Assembly (NCBI GenBank): GCA_964035545.1
Contig: OZ037767.1
Span: 18,986,428-19,050,427, forward strand
From: Bugula neritina
Taxonomy: Eukaryota > Animalia > Bryozoa
Direction of reading: 5' to 3'
Length of the DNA: 64,000 nucleotides
Program-made: the position numbers and the translations under genes
In this document: positions 11,512 to 46,939 of the stretch, piece after piece
Numbering within the stretch: position 1 is the first letter of the stretch
Layout: each line of letters begins with the position of its first letter
The notes under the pieces: model-generated
Databases searched by the model: none
The model's input: only the letters and a program-made list of their open reading frames with translations
Told to the model about the DNA's origin: nothing

Positions 11512-14500
11512 ATGGCTACCAAACTAAGCAGCAGAACCCTCTTTTTAATTTTAGTTTTTTCCATCATAAGTGGTCGGGCAGGATTCAAACAAGCAGCCTG
11601 CCCTACTATGTGTAAATGTGTATCTAGAAACTCAACTAATTTATCAGGGACTAAAGATACTGGATATAAAGCTAACCTTACCACAGATATTATATATTGT
11701 GATCACAATAAGCTTATGGAAAGTGGCACATTTCAATACTTGAAGTCATCCTCAAACTCTTATGTAAGCAAACAGAATAAATTAATTTATCTGAATATCG
11801 CTGTACTTTATTTTTATGTTTTACAATTTTTTATAAACAATGCAGTCATTGAACAAATATGGTGACAATTTTCAAAAAGTCTTTGCACATTGAAATTTTA
11901 GCCAAAGAGCAGTTTCCCAACTAGCCATTTTGCGGAGGCTGTTGACAACCCCTCCATGAAGGTCATGTTTAGCAGCAGCTACACCAACACACATGCTGAA
12001 CCAGCCTCTGTCAACTCGTCATATTTCTTGCCATTGTCCAATTTCGATTTCGTCAGCATTGAGATGGCTGGCAACAACCTGGCGTCTTTGGCTCCTGATT
12101 TTTTTGAACACCAGGGTATGTAGTTGTCTCCACATTAAACTCTTTAGTTGTGTTCTTAGGAAAACTTTAGATTTCCAACTGGAAATTTCAAGCTTCCTTC
12201 TATTAGACTTGATTTCTGCCAAAATTAGTTAGGTATAAAACATTATTGGCTAAAATAATTTGTTAACATTTTTCCTATAAAATAAAACAATAATTGTTTT
12301 TAAATTTTAGTTGACGTTGAAGTGCTAGACTTAAGAAACAATACTCTAATAGAGTTGTCATTCCTCAAACCTCTAAACAGGCTGAGAGTTTTGAAACTTA
12401 GTCTAAACCAGTTGCTGGTCATCTCAGTAATCAACATAAGACATCTGAATCAACTAGAGGTCTTGGAGCTCGATGGAAACCGTCTTATTTCAGCATCTTT
12501 CTTGCTGATGGCTCTACCATCCCTAGAGTATTTGGATATATCAGGTAGTTGTTGCTAGAAACTACATTATTTCAGTTATAGTTTTTTTTTGTCTGATACT
12601 TATTCTACATATTAAATTAAATATCTGCGTATATTAATTATTTTAATTTTTGTAAGATTGTTTATAAAAGTTTCAATATTCCAATTCGGCTGAAATTTAG
12701 TTTTTTTATATCTACATTTTAATATTGGCAGAGAAGGATAATTTTTAAAAGCTATATACGTCTAAAGTTGTTCAGCAGATTTAACTTTGTGGTTTGCAAC
12801 TAATTCAGAATGGTGACTCACCTGTACACAGACGTAGTCGTACAGCATAAAACACGAACATTTAAATAGAAGGTTGTAAACTTTATACATCACACAAGAA
12901 CTTTGTCTTATATAGCTCTAATAAAAAACACATTCACTTATTAGCAAACACATGACAAGGGCATCTAGACACTTTGATTAGTCTACAAGTTTTTCTCATG
13001 TCAAAAGTTTTTATCCAATCAAAACTCATTGCATCCAGTCTTCAACATCAGCTACTAATTCAATAACCATCTATCTTCATAAGTTTTGTAAATAAAAAAC
13101 AATTTTAAATCTTTGTTGACGTCACCTTATGAAATGCTTATATATATGTTAATGTCTGTTTCAGATAATTTTCTAAAGTCTCTCACGCCAAAGATATTTG
13201 AAGAAAAACCTGAATTGAGTCACATCAACATGGCCGACAACAAGATACGAGTAAAATAACTTTTTAAAATTGCTGCATAATATTTATATTTAGAACACGC
13301 TCAGAAATATTATATATCAATGTTTTATTATCATATATCAATGTTTTATGAATATTTTTATCATGAGCAAAAACTGTTCTAGAGAGAAATGGGATTATCA
13401 TTTATCTCAACATTACGCAATGCAGACTTGGATCTTAGAATCTAATATCTATGTTGACTTACTTTAACTGTATAACATAATAGATAAAAATTTTTTGAAA
13501 CAAAGTCAATGTGTTTAAAATTTAGCTCAAAAGAAATTTGAAAAGTTTTGATTCGATTTCAATTTTAGGTGATAAGCTATTGTCTAATCCAGCCTCTTCT
13601 GAACAACTCAGGACTTTTTATCAACATAACAAGAAATCCTCTCACATGCGGCTGCCATCTTGTTTGGATCGAGTATCTGATAGGTGAAGTTATTCATAGC
13701 CAGTGCAGCGCTCCACCGGCCTGGCAAACAACTGCAGACGTGCAGAAGTACTGCAGACAACTAAGAGTCAAACCGATATGCTCCTCTTCGTAAGTAACAT
13801 CTCGCAAGAAATTGTGTAGTTTTACATAATCATTATGGGATTACACTGAAGAAACTTATCAGTAGAAATATAAGCTACCAAGTTTAAAGATAAATCTTGC
13901 ATTAATTTCCATTTACGTTATTATTGATTAAAGCTCTAACAAGAAGTTTGAGTTTACCTATAGCTCACTCTTGTTTAGTTTGTATCCCCGTGAGAACACT
14001 TGCTGATAAGAATTTTTAAGCGGGTCAAGGACTGTGATTTTTTCTGGTAACTTCCGCTTGTACGTAATACGGGAGCATAATAACTCAATAGCTCTGCTGG
14101 CATTTGAACCCATGACCTTGTGCCTACTAGTTCAGCGCTATAACCACAAGGCCACGACTGTTTTCCATGGCGTAATACGCAAAATAAAATGTATCACATC
14201 TTCATAAACATAAAAAAATATAACTTTTAAGGGATTATAGGCAATGTTATGCCTATGGTCTAGTATCCACTAATAAATGTATTATAGGTAATATGCTTTA
14301 AGCAGCAATCCAAAATATTGCATAATCTTTATTTTCTTTTAAATTTTAATTTGACTAACAGATTATTTTTTGTATCCTAGAATTTGCTTCTCTTGAATTA
14401 AAATCAATGATTCAATTCTCTACTAATAATATGATGTGGCTCAATTATGGTTATATTATTAAATCATATGCTGTAGCAATGGTTCTAACAGCATACCCTG

Positions 14501-15418
14501 GAACTACTACACAGCGCCCCCAACCCTGGGTGTCAGTGCGGGACAAGCAGGTCAGCTGACTTCCTCAGTAGGAAGTCAGACTCCCAAAAGTGCTGTTGTC
14601 ATGCAAGCAGCCATATTGGCCACACTAGGATTTGTCTCTGCTTTTATTATGGGTGGGTAACTTCCATAGATTGACTAGGTTCCAATAATTAAGTCTTGCT
14701 TATATCTCAATCCTGGTAAAATTTCAGCAACAGAGCTGTTATCTACAAAATGTGATAACATTATTTTAATTTCATGTACACGTAAGACACATTTGTTTTG
14801 AAATGTTTTATACTGTTACTAAAGTGTTTTGTTTCAAAACTATCAGTAATAAGTTTTAACTCTTATAACTACACTTCTACGAGTTAGCATTTTGTGTTTT
14901 TCTATCGGCTGGTAATTCCACATAGGTAGAGTAATGACAGATCAGAGTCAATATGATATAGTAAGTCAGTATATGTGGTGAAAAATTCACTTTGCTATAT
15001 CATAATATCCTTTAGTTTAAGCATTGGTAAAAGTCAATTCTTTGCAAATAAAACATATGAGCTGTCACTGAAATTTTAGCTATCTTGTGTTTTCACTTAA
15101 AATATTATTTTTCTGTTAACATTCTTTATAATAAAATGAGAGTTTGGTTAAAACATGATTGCATAGTGTTTTATACTAGCAATGGAGAAATCAAGTACGT
15201 TCCCGTTGGTCAACTGTTAGCCTATAATTGCTCTCTTTGAATTAAATATTGTATGATGGGTTCTATTTTTAGGAATTGCTATTTACAAAAACAGACAAAT
15301 TGGAAGAGGAAAACCTTCTCTAAAGCACACAATAGAAGCTGAAGTAGACTCTCCTACTCTGCCCATGCTGCAAAACCTGAGTGTTTTAGAGCTTCATGAA
15401 ATAGATGCTTCAAAGTAA
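11512..15418 (+). CDS. Single-pass leucine-rich-repeat membrane protein, 442 aa, no TIR domain
   Basis: Exons 11512-11763, 11902-12115, 12311-12544, 13165-13250, 13569-13789, 14477-14652, 15273-15418 (1329 nt, phases consistent). Signal peptide, LRRNT (ACPTMCKC...IIYCDH), LxxLxLxxN repeats, LRRCT (NPLTCGCHLVW...C), TM (AVVMQAAILATLGFVSAFIMGIAIY), about 43-aa tail. Confidence 0.85.
13960..14160 (-). mobile_element. tRNA-derived SINE in an LRR-gene intron
   Basis: Minus strand cagtcgtggccttgtggttatagcgctg...gtcatgggttcaaatgcc (A and B boxes); body similar to the element at 225-440. Confidence 0.6.
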
Positions 15419-15843
15419 CAGAAAAGCTGCTTATTTTAAAATGCTCATTCTTTGCACATTTAATGTCAAGCTATTTATTGTATTTGAATTGATATAATAA
15501 TTGTAAAATATCAGTAAGAATTATCAATATATTTAGAGATAATAAAGAATACTCGACAACTATAATACACATTTTTTGAATCCGTCAGTTAAGAGTTGAC
15601 ATAATTATTTTATATATATAAATATAAAATGGGATAAAATTATCATAATTAGACTTAGTTAGTACAACCGAAACATTCAACTGAAAACAGAAAAAAAACA
15701 TAAACTTAGATAATGATTTTGCAGTATATTTTGCTGTTTGATATACATTGTTGGACTTGAAATGTAGCTGTACCATAACAACAACAAATGACAACTTAAT
15801 TTTATTATCACGTCTATTACATTTATACTGCGGGCATAATCCA

Positions 15844-17791
15844 TTAACTTTGCTCAAAAAACTCAACAGTATTAGGCAACAAGATATTATTTCCCCAATC
15901 TGGAAGACCAAAATATTTCAAATATCTGTTTGCTTCGTTCACATACTCCGGGTTCACACACGCTTTGGGGTTTTTTGCAACCTGTGCTTTGCTATAATGT
16001 GATCTTTCGTGGCTGTCTTCCTGCAATGCTGACTCTACCAAGTAGAATTGATCATCTGGTATTTCAAGTTCGATACTGCTCAGCATGGTCTGAAAGAACT
16101 TACGTGGGCTAGACTGAAAATCTTCAAACCGAAAAGCTAATATTCGGAATTGTTGGTGAAATTCTTTTACTAAGAGTTTAAAGTGAAAGCAAGTTTCACA
16201 CCAGTGATAAAGAAACGGTATGAGCTTTGAACGCTTTTGCGTGTTCTCTTCATTGAAAATTTATTCAACATGACTTTTGACATAATTTATAAGCACCAGT
16301 GGCTTAACTTTAGGAAGCAGCCATGATAAAAAGCAGTTAGAATCAATAGCAAAAGTGAAGTCTTTCAATTATTGAGGGGGGTGATATGGACCGTCGACCA
16401 TATCACTCAGCAAATTGAATTTTTCTATTTATATACTTGTTTGGAGAAAAATAATACTATTTCTCAAGTATTTCAAAAAATGATGAATCATTAAACCCCT
16501 AAATATTGATTAGACAACATTATAGTTAGTTGCTGTAGAATAGGTGCTTGAAATATTCATACTCATGCAATATATTTTAGATGCAAAGATATTCTTTCAA
16601 AAATATTTGAAATGCTTGGAGTTAGGAGGCACTAAAAGAAGCTGTTTCACTTATTTTAAATCTATTGTTTTATGTTACTTTTTAACATAGCAAAATGCAT
16701 TTTCAACACAAAAAAGCTGACTTTATGTCACGGAGTCTGTGGTGGGCCATATCAACCGAAGTTTCAAAAAATCTCCGGGTGATATGGTCCACCAATTTTC
16801 AATCATAGCTCAGTCAAGCATCTGTATAGGAGCTTCAAATTCTGTTTGTATGTCAGTAGAGATAGCACCCACATGTTGAAATACTAATTTTCAATCAACC
16901 AGTATCAGTCTGGGCTGTGGACTTAAGTGGCTCATATCACCCAGGTTTCCCTACTTGCAGCTTTAAAGATAGATGGCACTTGACTTCTAACCTGCCGGTA
17001 TAAGAATATGTGAATGTAATGTGGAAACATTACTGACAATAGCTTTAAATCGGTTTTTCATACTCATCCCTATACCTTTGACAGCCATTATTTTATTCTG
17101 TTTATTATCTGGTTCTAATAAAAGCCGAACAGCACTTTTGTATAAGGGGTGATATTCCTTACTGTCTTCCCAATTGTAATCAGGGTTTTTAAAGTATTTA
17201 TATTTAAACGTCTGATCAAGAGAGAAAAAACAAATTGGTTCAGAGATCATTGAAATGCCTGGTAAAACGTTGAACACTTGAGATGTTACGGTAGAGCCAG
17301 ATCTACTTTGATGGTGCACCCAAATCACCTTCTTTTTTGAGTTACCAACAGTTTCTGCTAAGTGAATAAATGACTTAATTGGCATTATCAGCAGGAACGT
17401 GGCATAAGAATGCTGCGAGTCATAAAAGAATGGGTGTTTTCTCGTGTCATACAGGTCTACGTCCAAGGAGGTGATGCAAAAATAGCTTTCTTGTCAGTTA
17501 CCGTCATGAGAGAAACCTGACCTTGTAAAGCTATTTCCAGGTGTCGAACGCAATGTGCGTAGACAGGAAGTGGCGTCTGTAATGTATAATGAAAGTTGTT
17601 GGCTTGCTTCTTCCCCAAACTTTGAGAAATTGCGCAGAAATTTCGTAGTTATCTCCTCCTTTACATCTGAGCAAGTGATTTTGTACTCCATTAAGCCTCC
17701 AATACAACATTTGGATACTTTTCAGAATTATATAAATCATCAAATAGACGCCATATTGAAACATTATTAAGTATGATTTATAGGACGCCAT
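15844..17791 (-). pseudogene. Intronless sulfotransferase-like (P-loop) pseudogene
   Basis: N-terminal hydrophobic anchor, HPFFYDSQ, 5'-PSB-like SRSGST, SEP, FPHYIHIFLYR, RFEDFQSSP, EDSH, GLP motifs in order. Disrupted by frameshifts near 17530, 17480 and 17055, an in-frame TAA near 16262 and a MITE. Confidence 0.75.
16372..16951. mobile_element. MITE (Tc1/mariner-pogo-like ends) inserted in the sulfotransferase pseudogene
   Basis: Inverted ends gggtgatatg / catatcaccc, internal copies of the same motif (16398-16406, 16748-16757, 16777-16788), right end cccTA; left end degenerate. Confidence 0.6.
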
Positions 17792-18089
17792 CTTGGGCTT
17801 ACTGTTGATAGCTTCACATTCAAACAGGATAGCAGATCATATAACTTGAGGATAGAAGCAGAATATGAAGGAGCTTTATGGATTTGCGCTGGTCACTGCT
17901 AAACCTGCAACATAAAATACATGACTATGTAGAAAAATAGACTGTAGGTACAAATGTAATATCTATTGTGTAGAGTTATAAAAATAAGTATCAGTTTTCT
18001 ACCCTTTATCAATGTGCCAATGCCAAAGTGAGGTTAGCACACTTGATTGCAGGTGTCCAATGAAAAGAAAATAATAAAAATAAAATTAA

Positions 18090-18381
18090 TTAGATTAAAT
18101 ATTTTAAATGTGCTGTTGAAACATAAACATGCTGACATTTCTCATTGCAATCTCCATGGCTTTTCTCAGCTTGACAGGTTTTGCATCTTCTTTGACATTC
18201 ATGGCCACAATCTAGTATTTTCTTACAGACAGCATTGCATGGTGCATGCTCATCAGAATTGCTACTGCACAAAATTAAAGGAGAGATCTAGTAAATCAAA
18301 GTTAATCTCAGTTGGTTGAAAACTAGAAACAAGCTAAAACGTACCAATCTGAGCAGATCCCTGTACAAATGTGACCACAGC
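18090..18381 (-). pseudogene. ZNFX1: Out-of-frame residual ZNFX1 zinc-finger sequence
   Basis: Rest of the 80-nt exon 18424-18345 reads CDEKLSCGHICTGICSD in another frame; exon from 18264 reads CSNSDEHAPCNAVCKKILDCGHECQRRCKTC. Both lie after the frameshift stop. Confidence 0.75.
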
Positions 18382-39816
<21,435 letters not shown>

Positions 39817-42800
39817 CTTTATTTCAGATTTCCCATCTAAGCCAACTTGTCTGCTAGGAGAGTGCTTGTCTTGAAAACGCTGCCACTGCAATGAGTGCCA
39901 GCATTTGCTATAAAACCTGTACTAAACAATATTACTGTTTGAACCGGTGCCCCAGTATCTCTTTGTTGTTTAGCACTATTGATTTTACTTGCTGATTGAT
40001 GTATTAATGTAACCATGCTGTTTAATCAAAGTTATGGCTGAATTCACTGGCACTATTCATTGTATTTCTATCCCAATCTCATTACATAGTTATGCTAATG
40101 TTTTTGTTGCAAAGTTTTATGTATGATATGCTTACTTTTCTAATTTTATAGTATACACAATCATTGTAATCAAACATAGTTTTGAACCATGCAGTACAAA
40201 AAATAAACATTACGTTAGCTATATAGCCAATTAGTAAAATTTCACATATATAAATGTAATATTACCTGCTATAATATGTCAAACCTGCTTGATTTCATCT
40301 AATTAGACAGAATTATTGTATATGTAGCCAAGTTGAGATGGAAGTTAGCTGTTGAAATATGAATTTTATTAGTATATATAATTGAAACAAAATGGAACAA
40401 TAAAAACCCGTGTTTACATTTGTGTTGATTAATTACAGGTATTTCTTAAACCTGACATCAAATTCTGATAAGAGACATCATAATAAACTGCACCTTGCTT
40501 TGTTAAGGATCCAATAATATTCAAGCTTTGTTTTGTGTTACAATCTTTTGTTTGTTGGGGAAGTCCCGGACTTGGAAATTTGTAAGCAAGAAATATAACA
40601 CCACATTTGTGCTCACAAAATGCCAGGGAATATAAATCAATTAAAGCAATAAATGAATTGGAACGCATGAACATTCCACGAGCTAGACGTGTCTTCATTA
40701 TTGTTCAGTGATTTAAACAAAACAAGCTCTATGACACATATAATTATTAATTACTAGAATTGATGTATCTTCCTAACATACAGTACAGCTTTATAGGTGA
40801 TATTTAGCCATTAAATTGTTGAGTTAATGTTGCAAGTATCAAAGGAAGTTGTCCCCCTTGGGCAGACAGCTTTACTCAAGCGGAGTTTGCCTGTGTGCAT
40901 TGCTAACTTCTAATGAACTTATAAACTTTTACTCAGCAAAGGTTCCAATACAATACTATAAAAACTACTTGTTTTGTAGAAAAAAACATTGTCGTTAGCT
41001 TTGTGTATTCTAGTTGCTAATAAAAACCCTTTTTACTTGCAGCAGCGCCAGGTGGTTCATGTTTTATTTTCTTGGCATCCTTCACACTATAACATAATTC
41101 TACTATACAAGCAATATACGATAGTGCCATGTTGTACATACATATAACTGGTAAGACAGCTATACATATAGTTCTTTAGCTGTTGAGCTTTACTCAAACT
41201 GATAACACAGAGAGTTTTAGCAGAACGATAATTTATATTTATAAAACGAAATTAACTTGTCTTATATCTTTTATAAACTGACGTGCTTTCTCATATGCAC
41301 TTTATCTTTTCTTAATGTTTTCGTTTTTGCAAAATGATAATTTTTTTACAACAATGCTGTTTTTCGTGTACCTGTCACAGAAGTCATCTTACTGAAAGTC
41401 TCAAAGAAACAGGCAAACCTCAGCACCGACCAAGTTGTATTTCAGCAAGCTGGTGGAATATCTTAAAGGTATAATTTAACTTGTGAAATACAGAAGTTAT
41501 AAGAGTTAAACAAAAAGAAAGAAAACCTCATATATCTACAATTACTTACTCTCCCAAGAATAGTTCACTTTTTAAGAACTTTCTGAGAATTATGTTATAA
41601 TTAACTACCACTATTTAGCTTAGTTACTTTCCATGTAGACTTCATTAAAGTTCCACTTGGTTTCATTACATCTATTTCCATTGATAAACATCAGATTGTG
41701 CTAATATTATGAATTACATTTACTTGGTAAGTTATTTACCACACATAGCCTACATGAATGGTTAACTCCACTATAATCATTACCAGCATATTATTGTCTG
41801 TGAATATACTAAGTCATTCTACAGTATCTCCTCTGCAAAAGCACAAAACACTATGTATTCTTTAATCTGACACAAGCTATAGAGGTCTCGGATTCGAATC
41901 CCAGTAGTGGCAAAAGTTGTTTTATGAAGCAAATAATATATAAAACAGTATATGTGGAAATATAAAAATAAGATTATGATTAAATGAAGGAAAACTGTGC
42001 AATGCACTTGTAAATGTTCCTGGAAAACATTTTGCATTCTTCCTTTTGGTTTAGAGCAAATTTTAAATTTTTTGATTTAAATTTTTTAATTGCAACCTGG
42101 AATGAATAAGCAATGCTCAATTATTTAACTAAACTTTTCACACTGCACTGCTTACATATTTTTACAAAGTATATTGTCAGTTGTTTTAATAAATCAAAGC
42201 AACAAATTTTAGTTATTTACTTTTGCACAATATTTAATTGATTTATTATATATTTTTCTGCTTAAGGTATCCATATGCAACCAGACTGGTACACATATAA
42301 CTAATATAAGACTTTTTTTGTTTTGTAAAATTGCATACACACTGCAATGTCTATGAAAATGCCTGTTACATGTTTGAACTTATACTTATCAATACAGGCA
42401 AAGCACAAAGCCATTGGCATTTGGCAAACAGCACAGAACTACTTTCTGACAACATTATGCTATCTTTTTAACATATACAATTCTCAGATGAAATTACATT
42501 ATAAGCTATTTATAGCCTATCTTAGCTGTGAAGCTTCAAAAGATCACACAAAACATGAAAGGCAGTAAGTACTATTAATTATTGCCAATTTACTGGACAT
42601 CATATTAAAAAATATGCTTGGAACAGATAAACTGGCTTTTCTAAATTTTAATTTAGCACTAAGGCTTAGAGTTTGACTATTGTGTATATAAGAATAATAA
42701 ACATACAGTACTTTCTGTGCTGCTCCTGAGCTCAGATAAATTTATTCTAATTCAATATTTAAATATGAGGATGATTGTTCACTTTTCAGAACATTTCTGA

Positions 42801-42925
42801 TTGAGAACTACTGGAACTACCCACTTTGTACTAAGGAAAATGATGGGTGGCTATGAGATGCACTTTAATTTAGTGCATAGACATGCCCCATCTTTGTGGT
42901 TTAATATATTTGCATTACTTATAAT

Positions 42926-44018
42926 GGGGGTGCCAACATGCAAAAATGGGCAGGTGGAGCACATTGCTATATATCACTGCAAATCCAACATTTTACTGAT
43001 TTCAAATCTGCAAGTAACTTTTTTGTATCTAGAGGGTTCTCGCTTGAAAGGGGTGGATATACAGGGGTTGGCGAATTTTCAAGGGGGCATCATGAAATTT
43101 TAAATATGCAATTACTTGAGTAATTTGAATTTAATATTTAAAATTTTTTCTGGATATGTTGTACATCTATGAAAGTATTTCTTAAAAAAAATTGTGACTA
43201 AAAATTGATAGGTGGGCGGAGCCTATGGCATAATGTATTGCTTTTTTGGATGTACCTGATATTTTCTAAGCCGCCACTTTTTTGTTGTAGCATATAGAAT
43301 AGTAATTTTTAGCATGTAGACACTCCTTAGTGTCCTTACAAGTCACGCTAATTTCTAGTATATTCTGACCAACAGAACTTTTTTTACAGCTCTGAAAATT
43401 AAAAAAGTCAAAATTGGAGTTATCTCCCCTGTTTAAGAAAGTTGCCTTTTCACCCAATATTATTGCATTTTATTAACTGGTTTGACATTATTCTAATATA
43501 AACTAAAGTTTAACTTGTTTTTATTAGCTGATGGCTCATTTCCAGCACATAGTTAGAGGAAGTACTGCTTCAAAGGCATGAATGTGAAATGTTTCATCTC
43601 TCAAATAGCTATTAACATTTATTACTTGTTTGATAATGAACCATGTGTATTTTGCTAGTCACACACATAGCGTTAAAAGGCAACTTTAGAACCTGCAATT
43701 AACAGAACAAAATTATTCTAAAATAATAACAATTATTTAACAATGCAGGAAAAAGTAATCCGGAAAGGTGATATTTGTTCACCTTGTTGCTGTAGAGGTA
43801 AAATTTATATCAAATGCTATAGAATTTTATCCATGCAGAAAACTAAAATGTCCCTTGTACTTGTACATGAAATATTTACAGTAGCTGTGCTTAGAATTTA
43901 TTTAAAACACTTTTTGAAAAAAGTTCATGTTGAACTGGAACGGCTAAATCTCTAAAGTTATCTTTTGATGACCAATACTAGAATGACCAAAATAACCCAT
44001 AAGCAGGTTTTATTAGCA
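42926..44018 (+). repeat. Left arm of a 1.1-kb inverted repeat
   Basis: Reverse complement of 46940-48013 (ggtgccaacatgcaaaaat...cccataagcaggttt). Confidence 0.9.
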
Positions 44019-44399
44019 ACAGTAAATCACCCGACTAGAAACAAGCATATAATTTAGAAATTAAAAATTCAGACCACACTTATTCATGTTTGAAAATACT
44101 AAGGCTAGATAGTGCGGCAGCTATTATTGAACTAAGTTCAGCAATTGATTTCAAGCTATTACTCTAGCAAGTATTGTCCAGTTATCACACACCTTTGTGC
44201 GAACCGTAAAAAACAATGCTGCGTTTTTAGAAGATGCAGTTGATGGAAAGAAGACAATAGAAGACACCTCAACAGTTTAAATTTGGCAAAGTTGACTTCA
44301 AAATATAGTTAATTAATATTAGAGAGAAATCATGGGGGTCTGTTTTTACAGGAAATTGAAGAAAATCCGATCAAATTATTTTAGCTTAGCAAACAAAAA

Positions 44400-46700
44400 C
44401 TCAACTTTCATCATTTCGAGAATCTAAGGCAGCCAGAAATAGTCCAGCCAAGAGATTTTGCTGACCATTAAAAAGTTTTTCAAAATTCATCAGCCTTATT
44501 CAATATGGCTCTTTAGAAAGCTTGCACCAACATAAATTTTTGGATTGGATCTAAGTCTCGTCATAAGAAAACTGGGTCTTAGCCTCAGCATAAACTTAAC
44601 ACTGACATACTGAAAGATCAAGAAAAGAGAAAAAAAATTGAGAAGGAATTAGATGAGAATCTAAAATGTTGGGGTGCACGTGATGGTGACACAGGGAAAA
44701 TGTGGAAAGATTTGAGAAAAACAGTCCTTTCAACTGTTAGTGAAGTGCTTGGTAAGCAGATCCTGAAACACCAGGAGGTTGGTTTGATGGACATGATAAA
44801 CTGCTACAGCAGTTGATCTAGAAGAGAAACAAGGCGAGACAGGTTTTCCTCCAGAATAATACCATATTGAAAAGAAAGACCTACTGAAAAGCACAGAAGT
44901 ATATCAAAGAGATGAAAAGTACATGGTGGGAAAAAAGCAATAAAACGTTAAATGGAAGCAGAGAGAAGGGACATAAAAGCATTCTATATAGGCCTAAAAG
45001 AAACTTACTTATAGTCGTAAATCTAGAGGATTGATTCAACTCCGTGACTACTATAGAAACACAATTCTACAAGAATGGGGGGGGGGGGAAATGTTAGAAA
45101 TATTATCTGACCATTTCAATCAGTTGCTCAACATACCAGGAGAGCTAGATGAAGCAGAAAAGAACAAAATAGTGCAAAGGCCACCTGTTGCACTTTTGGA
45201 TGATCCTCCTAATATGAATAAGCTTATGTCAGCGATTAGTTCAATGCATGATAAGAGAACTGTTGGCAAAGATGGTATTCCATCTGACGTATGGAAAAAT
45301 GGTGGTCAAAAATGACAGGTTGTCTTTACAATACATAATGTGTGGGACACCGAGACCGTACCACCACACTGGAAGGATGCAAGCATTGTCCAATTTTTAA
45401 GAAAGGCGATAGGAAAATAAACGGGGAATTATCAGGCACATATCTTCTGTCTATTGTGGCAAGATTCTCTCTCCCATACTATCGACTAATGCACATACTA
45501 CCCAAGAGGTGCTACTGGAGTCTCAGTGGGATTTCAGGAGAGGAAAAAAGTACAATTGACATAATTTCTGCTAGAAGCAATTACAAAAGAAGTGCACAGA
45601 ACAAAATATGCAACTCTATATAGTATTTTTGACCTCAGTAAGGTATTTGATACTATATCTATAGCAGGCCTTTGGCAGGTCCTTTAAAGGTTTGGTTGTA
45701 CAGACAAGTTTAGTTGCATTAATGAAGCCCCTCATACAGGCATGCAAGCATATGTAGCAATGAGTGGTTCCATCGCAAATGATTTTGAAGTAACAAGTGA
45801 AAGCAAGCACGAGTGTGTTCTTGCGTCAATACTTTTCTCACTTTACCTGTCAGCCATAATAAAAGTTGCCTTCAAAAACAGTTGAGAAAGGGTATATATG
45901 TAAAAACTAAAAAAGAGGCAGACCTGTTTGATGCAACTCATTTCAGTTTTACAACCGAAACCACCACCGAGTTAAAGACTTGTTATTTGCTGATGTTAGT
46001 GCTATAGTGTTTTATTATTCTGATGATATACAGACTTTAGTCAACATATTTGCTAATGTTGCAAAGGGTTTTAGTGTCAAAATCAACATCAAGAAGACGG
46101 AATGCCTCGATCAGCCTCAAAATTTTCAAAGTGGAACATCTAGCCCAAACACTACAACCATTAATGGAAAACTTTTGATAAAGTGTAAAGCTTTGAAGTA
46201 TCTTGGAAACACAGTAGCTGTCAATGCTCAAGTAGATAATGAAATCTCTCCAAGAATAGGAAACGCTAGTGCAGTGTATGAAAAACTGGACTAATCGTCA
46301 TGTTCCAATCAAAGTCAAGTGTCAGGTGTATCGTGCTACGGTAATAGCTGCCTCACTGTATAGTGCTGAGACCTGGAACATGTACGGCCTGCAGGCATAT
46401 GTCATGCGATATTTATGATCAATCGTGGGTATCTCTTGGAGGAACAAGATTACTAGTCACGGAAATTGTATAAAAGAAAGCTGGTTAGCCATTTTTGGAC
46501 TCTACCCTCTAAGTTTTAAAGACGCTGTGAATCGAAATATGACAAATATAGATATGGACAGAGATGGCTGGCAAAAGCAGATTAATTTTAGAAGCGGATG
46601 GAGATGTCTGTTTAAACCAAATTGAAAATATATTCCAAAATTATGGTGAAGCAAGTATGCTGTTGTAAACATTGTAGCAGAGGTGTGAAAGCAGATAGAC
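44400..46700 (+). mobile_element. Degenerate RTE-clade LINE
   Basis: Broken ORF with MWKDLR, WFDG, STWWEK, HFNQLLN, GKDGIPSDVWKNGG, WKDASIV, FKKGDR, STIDII, FDLSKVF, LLFADV, KINIKKTECL, KYLG, RIGNASAVYEKL; many frameshifts and stops. Boundaries approximate. Confidence 0.85.
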
Positions 46701-46939
46701 AAATAATGGTAATATCAAAGCAGAAACTAAATGCTCTTTTTTAGGTAGCTGTAAAAACATTATCAGTTAGATCCATAGCAATTCACAACTTTCCATCGAT
46801 AATAACTGTTCTGAATGCGCAATTGTTTTAGGTAAAGTAGCTACTAATGGAAAACAGTTTGATTTTGCTAATAGTTATAAAGCTAATCTGTCATTGTTCT
46901 GAAACTTTTCTCTTTATTCAAGGATTGATTTGAGCTCTC

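Noticed and set aside
14095-14160. Possible tRNA genes here and at 21306-21372, 41870-41912, 61620-61660
   Set aside because: A/B-box-like motifs are present but no complete cloverleaf could be built; treated as SINE heads or relics.
17792-17904. In-frame ZNFX1-sulfotransferase fusion protein
   Set aside because: Two in-frame stops precede the ATG, ZNFX1 is already terminated upstream, and the sulfotransferase frame is broken.
42347-43955. Short ORFs that recur at 46976, 62083 and 62555
   Set aside because: Recurrence follows from recent DNA duplication; indels differ between copies and no protein motif is recognisable.
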